From a bacterium (GTDB taxonomy: Bacteria; Electryoneota; Electryoneia; Electryoneales; Electryoneaceae): a stretch of 64,000 nt of DNA. Location: contig CAXXKJ010000002.1 of the NCBI GenBank assembly GCA_963675295.2, positions 3,552,001 to 3,616,000 of the forward strand, read 5' to 3'. The translations under genes were made by a program, and so were the position numbers. Positions 47,488 through 55,588 of the stretch are shown one piece after another; the first letter of the stretch is position 1, and every line of letters begins with the position of its first letter. A model generated the notes under the pieces. The model was not told the DNA's origin. It did no database searches and saw only the letters and a program-made list of their open reading frames with translations.

Positions 47488-50418
47488 CTATTCGTCAGAC
47501 TTTTTCACCCGGTATTTTCCCTGGGCAACCCGTTCAGTGATCGTCTTCAAATCCCGCTCTACAGTTTTCACAGCCACAGCAATGCCCGCTTCTTTAAGAG
47601 CTGCGCGTACCCCCTTGATAGTCACAACTTCACCACCAAATGTACGCTGAATGAACTCATGTCTGAGGTCGTGAAGTGATTTGGGTTTCTCGACAACAGG
47701 AATCTCACCACGAATTTGCAGCACGGTTCGCAGTTTCGTTTTGATGAAAGGTATTGCCCCGTCAACGTCTTCCTCTGTTGCGACTGTGCCAAGTGAAGCT
47801 GATGTAATGGCTCGCACATACTTGTGCGCCGATATGGCTGCACGAGTGGAAAAATCGGTAATTGCCTTCTCGTCAGGGAATTCATCCTGCATCTCTTTCC
47901 AGACAGCATCCATCCTCCCGACCAAACACTCGCGCACATTTTCAGGGAGTGGTTCGACTTTGCGGAAATATGTCCTGACGTAAGCGACGATGCGCTTCAG
48001 CGTACGTTTCCATTCACCTGCTGTGGCCGAATCTGAGGTGACGTCAGCTTTACCCCACTCACGCAATATTTCTTCGGCCACCTTTAGCTGAGATTGCCCA
48101 CCCCGTTCAAGCTCAACGATAAAATCGAACCTGGAGAGAACGTTTACGGGTACATCAATATCCTGTTTTCCTTGCGGCAGTGGTCGAACCTGGGATAAGC
48201 GATTCATATCAACGTGGATTGCCGTCAGGGCTTTGAATATCACCCGGGATGTGGTTGAGTCGATTACCTCTCCATCTTCCATCAGTTTGGAGAACATGGC
48301 GAAAATCGGCTGTCTGTCATGCCTGATCTCGTGGAAATCCTGAATGCAGAGCACACCGTGGGACGCCCTCGGTACATAGCCTGGGCGAATTTCATGACCC
48401 CGCGAGGATGTACTCTTATTCCCTATCAGCCCTGCAACCGTCAACTTCCTGTCAACCGATGCGACTTCCTCACCAACCGGGTTCAGAATTAATGCGGCCG
48501 TTGTCAGCAGCTTTTTACCCGCACCGGGGGGACCAATTACCAGCGAATTGAGTTTCATCGAACTGTTCTTCTCGTACCCATCGGAAAAGCTCTGATAGAT
48601 AATGAAGTCGAGGGCTTGGTCCAGACCTTCGAGTTTGTCTAATCCCTGAATATGAAGATTTTCAACAAGTTGGCTCTTAATGTAGTTGACGATGCCTTTC
48701 GGCTTCCTTGCATGTTCCCTGAAGATTGCAGCGATAGTCTCATCAGGATCAGGTTTGACCTGAATCAAGTCTTCCGCTGTTGGTTGATCCTTGACCCCCG
48801 TGATATAAAAAGCGAAGAACGGATCTGGAACCCTTCCCCTTCTATCGGCCGGAACTGGGACAACGGGGAATACAGCTCCTTCCAAAACAACCATTTGAAC
48901 AGGGAAGTCGGTATTCATGAATTTTCCGAGAACAGCCTCGTACCGGTCGCTCGACATCGGGATAGCCGGAATCCTGTCTCCACGCTGATCTCGGAGCATC
49001 ACCTCCCTGTACCCCAACTCCATACCCTGAAATGTCTGAAGCTTTGGTGATGATACCTGATGGATCCACGCTAGCAATCGGGCAGGCTTCTTACGGTACT
49101 GTGGGCTTATCAGCTCCCCAATCGACTGTGCAAATGTGTCTTTCCAGGTTGGATTGCTTGCAATAAACGCTTCGATATCCTCACCAATCTTGTGGGATGA
49201 CAGAGCTTCCGTTATTATCGGTTTTTCGTGGGCTAAATCATATTGATCCTGTACTTGCGTCGTGTCGGTCTGCCTGTTTGTCGGTTTGACGTCTGTCACT
49301 TTGATTTCTCCCGCTTCACGAATTATCTGTTCAGCAAAATCTTCCATCTCCATGCTCAAGTAGTATTCCACCTCAGGGAAACCGGCCTGCATTCTGGGGA
49401 GGACGTGGTGGTACATCTCGCGTCGCTCTTCTTCAGACGGTGCCCTTTTCTTTGACCGTAGGTCTGAATAATCAAAGTGCCACAATCCTGAATCTGGGAA
49501 CATCTTCCGACATAGTTTCAGATTCTTCGTGCCCCATCGAAGTACGCCAACAGCATAGTGATGCACCAACTTGGGATTCAGTGTGTCTGCCAGTCGATCA
49601 ATCAACTCGGTGTACGCATCCTGCCATCCTGCAAATGGAATTACAGGATCAAGTTTCAGCGAGACCGGATATCCCCATTCCTGGCATTGGCGAACTGCTA
49701 CTATTCGATCTTCGAAGGGAACCGCGTTTTCACCTTCAGAATTGTCAATCACCAGCTGTGGCGACAGCGTAAAACCAACAATCGTCCTACCCTGATGATC
49801 GAGACCCTTCAGGTTCTGAACATTGGCGCTTTTCGTGCGAAGTTCGATCTGGCTGTTTGGAAGCGTCGTGACAAACGGGATGAAGTCCGTCGTCATTCTG
49901 GTCAGGTGGTCCAGTGCCAGGCTGTCAGTGTGTTCGCCCAGGTTGAACGTGGATAGCTGGTCACCTGTTTCTTCTGCAAATTGCGTCATCTTGCGTTGAA
50001 TTTGGTGCACATCAGCATTCACGGCAACGGGATAGCTGCTCACGTTTGCGCCGTCTAAGTAGCAGTAGTGACACTTGAACATGCACATGCCACCAATTAT
50101 TGCTTCGAAGACCCGTCCGGAATTCTGCTTGTAGACGTCCATTGATATGCGCCGACCGTGACGGGGTTCTTCTTTTACACGCCCATCACTAGATGCCCTC
50201 AAGTAGAGCACTTTGCGACCGCGTAGAATGTTAATTGGGGCATAGTCGTAATAATCACCAGCTTCCGGGAATTCAATTTGCTTCATTTGAGTGGCATTTT
50301 CTACATATTCGACGGGGATTCCCTTCATTTCAGGTGAACCAAGGACTCGTTGCGTCACTTCTTCATCCCGGACTTTGTTTAGGACATAGATGCGTTCGGG
50401 ACGAAAGTCAGAAATCAT
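47488..50418 (-). CDS. Fusion of an SPL(SplB)-like radical SAM domain with an MCM-family OB/AAA+ helicase module
   Basis: SPL-like: CMFKCHYCYL, GEHTDSLALDHLT, ELRTKS, GYPVSLKLDPVI..GW. MCM-like: LNSLVIGPPGAGK, LTVAGL, GVLCIQDF, VLSRFDFI, STRA, EEDVDGAI. ATG at 50418 follows a GGGGG RBS. Confidence 0.85.
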   Translation of the reverse strand: MISDFRPERIYVLNKVRDEEVTQRVLGSPEMKGIPVEYVENATQMKQIEFPEAGDYYDYAPINILRGRKVLYLRASSDGRVKEEPRHGRRISMDVYKQNSGRVFEAIIGGMCMFKCHYCYLDGANVSSYPVAVNADVHQIQRKMTQFAEETGDQLSTFNLGEHTDSLALDHLTRMTTDFIPFVTTLPNSQIELRTKSANVQNLKGLDHQGRTIVGFTLSPQLVIDNSEGENAVPFEDRIVAVRQCQEWGYPVSLKLDPVIPFAGWQDAYTELIDRLADTLNPKLVHHYAVGVLRWGTKNLKLCRKMFPDSGLWHFDYSDLRSKKRAPSEEERREMYHHVLPRMQAGFPEVEYYLSMEMEDFAEQIIREAGEIKVTDVKPTNRQTDTTQVQDQYDLAHEKPIITEALSSHKIGEDIEAFIASNPTWKDTFAQSIGELISPQYRKKPARLLAWIHQVSSPKLQTFQGMELGYREVMLRDQRGDRIPAIPMSSDRYEAVLGKFMNTDFPVQMVVLEGAVFPVVPVPADRRGRVPDPFFAFYITGVKDQPTAEDLIQVKPDPDETIAAIFREHARKPKGIVNYIKSQLVENLHIQGLDKLEGLDQALDFIIYQSFSDGYEKNSSMKLNSLVIGPPGAGKKLLTTAALILNPVGEEVASVDRKLTVAGLIGNKSTSSRGHEIRPGYVPRASHGVLCIQDFHEIRHDRQPIFAMFSKLMEDGEVIDSTTSRVIFKALTAIHVDMNRLSQVRPLPQGKQDIDVPVNVLSRFDFIVELERGGQSQLKVAEEILREWGKADVTSDSATAGEWKRTLKRIVAYVRTYFRKVEPLPENVRECLVGRMDAVWKEMQDEFPDEKAITDFSTRAAISAHKYVRAITSASLGTVATEEDVDGAIPFIKTKLRTVLQIRGEIPVVEKPKSLHDLRHEFIQRTFGGEVVTIKGVRAALKEAGIAVAVKTVERDLKTITERVAQGKYRVKKSDE

Positions 50419-50534
50419 AGCCACGTCAATACCCCCAGTGACACCAGCTTTTTGCCGATGAATTCCTAAGCTCGGAAACACGTAAATAATCCGGCATAAG
50501 AACATGTACCCAGACAAAGCAAACAGGAGGACGT

Positions 50535-51293
50535 ATGACCGATTCGAAGGCGGCGATAACGCCGTTTGCACCAGTCGAACTACAACCACTTCGCAGGGCG
50601 AACGGGGATCACAGCAGCCGTTTGGCTGTGGTGTTGAATCCCCACGCTGATGCCACGGAAGTGGGAGTAGTATCCCCCGAATACAAGCTCGTGAAAAACA
50701 GTGACGTTGTGCAAGTCGCGGAAGACCTGCTTGGCAGGACGAGGATGCCCATCGAAGAACATCAGACGTTATGGAACGGGAAGAAGTTCCGGCAGCGATA
50801 TCTGCTGACCCAGACCACGGGTGAAGTAAAGGTCGGTGATGTTGTGGCATGCACGTTGGATGCTGTCAACAGCTACGATGGAAGTACCACCTTCGGCTTG
50901 GAATTCAACGCAGTCCGTCTGGTATGCAGCAACGGCATGATGTTGTCGTTCATGCTTGGTGGATTCCGCTTCAAACACTGGGGTAGCCAGAATTTCGACC
51001 GGGAAATGCGCGTTGCGGCGCGTCAGTTGGATCGTGTTGGCAATCGTCTGCATGTGGTTCTTCCGATGCTGGTCGATCTGACACACAAGCGGATGCGACG
51101 TGCGGACATCCAGAAGTTCTTCCGTGAAACCAACCTGCCGATCACTACCCAGGCGAAGGTATTCAACGGCATCGAAGACGACACAGCCTGGGGAGTGTAC
51201 AACGCAGCAACGGATGTGCTGACCAAGCAGGAACGCTTCAGCGCTGAAAACCTGAACCGTCGTGTGTCGCAGTATTTCCTGTCACCCAACTGA
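50535..51293 (+). CDS. DUF932/DUF945-family phage/plasmid protein
   Basis: VVS..Y.LV.N, NSYDGST, RLVCSNGM, F.HWG and TAWGVYNAAT; AGGAGG RBS. Confidence 0.85.
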   Translation: MTDSKAAITPFAPVELQPLRRANGDHSSRLAVVLNPHADATEVGVVSPEYKLVKNSDVVQVAEDLLGRTRMPIEEHQTLWNGKKFRQRYLLTQTTGEVKVGDVVACTLDAVNSYDGSTTFGLEFNAVRLVCSNGMMLSFMLGGFRFKHWGSQNFDREMRVAARQLDRVGNRLHVVLPMLVDLTHKRMRRADIQKFFRETNLPITTQAKVFNGIEDDTAWGVYNAATDVLTKQERFSAENLNRRVSQYFLSPN

Positions 51294-51313
51294 CCGAGAG
51301 GAGGTGATCATCT

Positions 51314-52219
51314 ATCGACGTTCTACGTCAGTCCCTCATCAAATCCTACCTGTGGTGCCCTGCCAGCTTCAAGTACCGTTACATCGATCAAACCCCTTCA
51401 GCCTTCCGGTCAGTGGCTGCACTGCATGGCCGTGTGCTACACCAGCTGATCGAAGAAATGCACCTGGTCCACTGGGATCTGGACATTGCGAAGCGGTATC
51501 GCGAACGGTTCGATCACGAGGAATTCAGTGGGGATGAATCGGATACACCCGTTTTCTATAAGGAAGAGCGGGATGCGACCTTGTCCAGCCTGGTCGAAGA
51601 AGCGGTGCGGATGCTCGGCAACTACAGGGACAAAGACTACAACCATGATGCCGACGTCATCCTGTCCGAAACCACGTTCATGCTGAAGGTGGGACGAAAC
51701 GTCTTCAGCGGAACGGTTGATCAGATTCGCCGTGATGGCGATAGTTGGCAGCTACTGGACTTCAAGTCATCCAAGTTTCCGCCGAACCAGCAGTTCCTCG
51801 ACCTGGACTACCAGCTTGGTCTGTACGCACTCGCCTGCTGGCGTGGTGTGTTCAAGATGCCTGACGGCACGATGAGAATGCTGGAAATCCCGCCTGAAAA
51901 GCTGGACATCGTGTACTACCAGCTGCGGGATCACATCCCCTACAAGCGCAATAGCAACGGGTTTGTCGCCGGTGATGAACGTGGTGATCCCCGTCGTTTC
52001 ACCAGTCGAAGTCGCAAGCAGTTGGTTACCCTGAAGCGTGATCTGGCTGCGATTGCCAGCAACATCAACCGAGGTGTGTTTCCACGAAATCCGGGGATGA
52101 TTAACTGTCCGGCTTGTGCCTTCATGGACATCTGCTTGTCAGATGCACAGGGAGCTGGTCTGTCATCCCGGCAGGTACGATCCATCGAATCCTTGACCAT
52201 AACGGGAGAAGCTGCATGA
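51314..52219 (+). CDS. PD-(D/E)XK nuclease (RecB/AddB/Cas4-like) with a 4-Cys Fe-S motif
   Basis: N-terminal S.IKSYLWCP..FKYRY, G...H, E, GTVDQI, DFKSS, QL.LY and C-terminal CPACAFMDIC. Probable ATC start after AGGAGGTGA. Confidence 0.85.
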   Translation: MDVLRQSLIKSYLWCPASFKYRYIDQTPSAFRSVAALHGRVLHQLIEEMHLVHWDLDIAKRYRERFDHEEFSGDESDTPVFYKEERDATLSSLVEEAVRMLGNYRDKDYNHDADVILSETTFMLKVGRNVFSGTVDQIRRDGDSWQLLDFKSSKFPPNQQFLDLDYQLGLYALACWRGVFKMPDGTMRMLEIPPEKLDIVYYQLRDHIPYKRNSNGFVAGDERGDPRRFTSRSRKQLVTLKRDLAAIASNINRGVFPRNPGMINCPACAFMDICLSDAQGAGLSSRQVRSIESLTITGEAA

Positions 52220-52965
52220 CACAACAAAACACAAAAACACGAAACGGTACACCTGCACGACGAAAGCCTGGTTCTGATGAATCAGGCGTTGTTGTCCTGG
52301 ATGCCATTAGCCAACTGGATAGTATCGACATCGAATCCGAAGTTGAAGCGATGATGGAAAACATCCCGCCATCATTGGTACGTGTCCGCATCGACCACAG
52401 TCCGTCTGGTCGGCATCGCATGTTCATCGACAATGGTGAATCCTACGACGAACTCCAGGAAGATCAGGTTGATGTACCGGACAACGTCTTTAGCGGGATT
52501 GTCGTGTTCAGTCAGACAGTCAGCGCGTTGTGGGTAGAAGGTGAACAGATCCCACGCTACAGTGCCATAGACGGAAAGATCACCAGCGGGGACGGTTCAC
52601 TGCACCTGGCTTCACAGGCCAAGGACAAAGTGCGCCTGTTCGTTTTGACGTACCTGGAAACAAAGCCACAGTTGGTGGTTTTCAACCTGTCGCCGACCAG
52701 CATAAAACACTGGCGGAATCACCTGCAACGCCTTGCCCGTTCGAAGGCACCAGCCATCGCTGTCATCACACGGTTCAGCTTGTCCGACGTTCAACGCAAC
52801 GGCTACCGATGGGCAGAGGTGAACTGCAGCATTGACCGTGTCGTGACGCAGCAGGAACTGGATGTTGCCATGCAGCTTCGCGAGGAATGCCGTCAGGCGT
52901 TTGGCGTGATCCAGGAGCAGGATTTCGATGATCCTGGCGACCGTGTAGCCGGGGAGGATAACTGA
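52216..52965 (+). CDS. Hypothetical phage/plasmid-type protein (possibly ssDNA-binding or recombination)
   Basis: ATGA overlap with the nuclease; beta-rich core (VFNLSPTSIK.W) and acidic C-terminal tail. Confidence 0.7.
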   Translation: MTQQNTKTRNGTPARRKPGSDESGVVVLDAISQLDSIDIESEVEAMMENIPPSLVRVRIDHSPSGRHRMFIDNGESYDELQEDQVDVPDNVFSGIVVFSQTVSALWVEGEQIPRYSAIDGKITSGDGSLHLASQAKDKVRLFVLTYLETKPQLVVFNLSPTSIKHWRNHLQRLARSKAPAIAVITRFSLSDVQRNGYRWAEVNCSIDRVVTQQELDVAMQLREECRQAFGVIQEQDFDDPGDRVAGEDN

Positions 52966-53066
52966 TGATACTGGCACGACTCCCCTGGCGTGAAATCGGG
53001 AAGGGTGTGGAAGCAGCCCTTGAAGGTGCGTCCGTCCTGATGAAATGGATCAAGTCGAAGTGGTGA
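52965..53066 (+). CDS. 33-aa small peptide
   Basis: TGATG overlap with the upstream stop, GGGGAGG RBS, and it ends just before the terminator: MILARLPWREIGKGVEAALEGASVLMKWIKSKW. Confidence 0.55.
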   Translation: MILARLPWREIGKGVEAALEGASVLMKWIKSKW

Positions 53067-53072
53067 ACAAAC

Positions 53073-53102
53073 AAGGGGGGCGATTACGTGTCGTCCCCTT
53101 TT
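53073..53102 (+). terminator. Rho-independent (possibly bidirectional) terminator
   Basis: AAGGGGGGCGA-loop-TCGTCCCCTTTT between convergent genes. Confidence 0.75.
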
Positions 53103-53134
53103 AGCCTATCGGAAGATCACCTTGCGGATCGGGC

Positions 53135-54973
53135 TCAGCGGACTAGCATCACCTTCTGGGTGGCGTTCAATTCGCCCGGCACGGTTGCGCGGACGAAGTA
53201 CAGACCGCTCGCCACGTGAGATCCGTCAAACGTAAACGTATGCTCTCCGGCGGAATATTGACCGTTCGCCAGCTCTGCAACCTTCTGCCCAGTTACGTTG
53301 TACACGTTCACCTTAATGTTCGCAACCTCAGGTAACGTGACAGAAACACTCGTTGCTGCGTTAAACGGGTTAGGATGCGTTGATAGTGAGAAACCACCCG
53401 GCCTCGCTGGATCACTGAACGAATCCAGTGAGGGCTCCGGTCCGGATGCTCTACTGAATTCAGGTGCCGATGAGGTCTCAAACCAGTCACAGGATGGTAT
53501 GGAATAGGCAAAATCAGCCGCATCTGCGCCCTGTCCCTGCTTTTCAAACTGGAACGAGTCGCCGATGATGTCAAGTTGGTCCGGATCGCCGAAGTGGACG
53601 GTGAAGGTGTATGTGCCCGGCGGTGCGGCGGGTGGGATGTACTGCTGGATCGTGTCGGCTTCGTAGACCTGGTCCGGCTGGAAGACACGCCGCATCGACC
53701 AGACGGTGGACTCGTTGCCGCCGGGGAAGGTGACCGTTGACCACACACGCAGATAGCGTGGATTCGCCATGTTGTTCAGCAGCGCGCCGTGGTAGGTGAT
53801 GAAGCCGCCGTTCGCGGGGACGTCGGTCTGCAACGCGTCCAGCCCGATCTCGATACGGCGGCTGATGAACGGGTTAACGAACCAGCGCACTTCCTGGTTC
53901 AGGATGTCCATGTCGCCGTCACCGTCGATGTCAGCAGCTTTCAACTGAGTGTACAGGTTGTCATTGTTTTCAGCATAATTCCGGATGATGAAATGCAAGT
54001 TATCGCCCACATTGAACAACAGTTGGTTACCAACAGCAAGGTCCATGTGTCCATCGTTGTTCAGATCTAGCGGGACAAAAGCTGGAATATTGCCATAGTA
54101 ATCGTCCCAGAGTTCATGAATTGTCACAGTGGAACCATCCTCATTCTCAAACCAGAGCAAGCGAATGCCGTCCTGATCAGTACCAAAGAAGAAGTTAAGA
54201 CAGACGAGAAAATCCACATCACCATCATAATCAAAATCCACTGCAATTGGTGGACGAAAAGATCGATTCCGGCCATCATCGATCAGGGGAACTTCCGTAA
54301 ATGTCTGATCAGGGTTAGCTAGGAACATCAGAAGTCTGTTGACTTGAACCGCCGCAAAATCCAACAATCCGTCCTCATTGAAATCGGTAAGGGTTGATAG
54401 ACGGAATCCACTACTACTCGATGGATGATCCTGTACTGTGAAATTGCCGCTTCCGTCGTTGATCCAAATCGAAAATCCAGGTTCGTTTATCCCGGTGCCG
54501 GCAATAAAATCGTTGTCGCCGTCACCGTCAAGATCACCAGCTGAAACATCACCACCCAGGTAGTTGGCAAATCCCTGGACCTGGGCGGCCAGAATGTGTG
54601 TTACGAATTGTGACTCTCCCTGAAATTCGATCCAACCAACCACATCACCCTCACCGTCCGTACCGGTGAAGAGGAAATCCAGGTCACCGTCCATATCCAG
54701 ATCGACGAAGCGGCCATCGTGACCTGTCGACACATCTGGTGACGGATTGTAGTCCAAAAATTCCCATTCTCCGGGGTATTGGTTGTAGCTAAGCTTCAAC
54801 GAACCTAAGAATACAGCGACATCAAAATCAGAGTCTCTGTCAAGATCACTGATGTCAAAGGGACCATGACCATCACCTTGCCAGCTTGGGAGTATTACTG
54901 TTTCCCATAGTTCTGCCTTAACTTGAACAATTCCAATAAGTAAGGCTAGAGTCACTGTAACTAAGATTTTCAT
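53135..54973 (-). CDS. FG-GAP/VCBS-repeat secreted protein with Ig-like domain and T9SS-type-A-like CTD
   Basis: DLDxDGDxD repeats; HPNPFN...TQKVMLVR; GGAGG RBS. Confidence 0.88.
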   Translation of the reverse strand: MKILVTVTLALLIGIVQVKAELWETVILPSWQGDGHGPFDISDLDRDSDFDVAVFLGSLKLSYNQYPGEWEFLDYNPSPDVSTGHDGRFVDLDMDGDLDFLFTGTDGEGDVVGWIEFQGESQFVTHILAAQVQGFANYLGGDVSAGDLDGDGDNDFIAGTGINEPGFSIWINDGSGNFTVQDHPSSSSGFRLSTLTDFNEDGLLDFAAVQVNRLLMFLANPDQTFTEVPLIDDGRNRSFRPPIAVDFDYDGDVDFLVCLNFFFGTDQDGIRLLWFENEDGSTVTIHELWDDYYGNIPAFVPLDLNNDGHMDLAVGNQLLFNVGDNLHFIIRNYAENNDNLYTQLKAADIDGDGDMDILNQEVRWFVNPFISRRIEIGLDALQTDVPANGGFITYHGALLNNMANPRYLRVWSTVTFPGGNESTVWSMRRVFQPDQVYEADTIQQYIPPAAPPGTYTFTVHFGDPDQLDIIGDSFQFEKQGQGADAADFAYSIPSCDWFETSSAPEFSRASGPEPSLDSFSDPARPGGFSLSTHPNPFNAATSVSVTLPEVANIKVNVYNVTGQKVAELANGQYSAGEHTFTFDGSHVASGLYFVRATVPGELNATQKVMLVR

Positions 54974-55084
54974 AATTCCTCCAAAAAACCTTGCATCGCT
55001 GCTACTTTCTAGTCTAGTTTACAAAAAAAAAGCAGAAACAACTTCTGCACGTTGGCAATTGCTTGATGACTCTTGGAGGCAATA

Positions 55085-55579
55085 ATGAGGCTAATTTCAC
55101 TTTCTGATGTAGCTACTTATAATGATACAGATGACATCTATTTTCTGACAGAAAGCAATCTAAATTCTATTAATAGTGAACCGGGTTGGTTGTATGTAGA
55201 CATTCCTGTCCACATTGGAGAAAATTTAGAGGATGAAGGCCAAGATGATAGCCTTTACTTGGTTGAATTGGACGATTCGATTCAAATTCTGTTTCAACAG
55301 GACGGTAGTTTTATTCTTAGAACAAATACTTTGGTTGTAAGCGAATTGGTAGTAAATAGTTCAATTATGACACCTCGTGCTGTTACTACATATGATGATG
55401 ACTATCCTGGGGGATTTTTCAGATTCCAAAGTGATCCTAGTAATCTATATGACAGCCAAGTGATTATCCAAGGTAATGTTTCTATTGATGTGACTTGGTT
55501 TGGTTTACCTAATACAGCGGATAATAATGCTTGGCTATTGCGTAAGGCGATCCTAGCCGCTTCTTCAAACGATGACCGC
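55085..55579 (+). pseudogene. AT-rich hypothetical gene, 3'-truncated by the IS3 element
   Basis: GGAGG RBS and ATG at 55085; the frame runs into the IS inverted repeat at 55580. Confidence 0.6.
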
Positions 55580-55588
55580 TGTATGTCT

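Noticed and set aside
50419-50850. 144-aa N-terminal extension of the SPL-MCM ORF given in the ORF track
   Set aside because: It overlaps the divergent DUF932 gene on the opposite strand; SplB similarity and an RBS begin at ATG 50418
51314-52219. Cas4 of a CRISPR-Cas system
   Set aside because: No cas1/cas2 or array; the context is a phage/plasmid recombination-type operon
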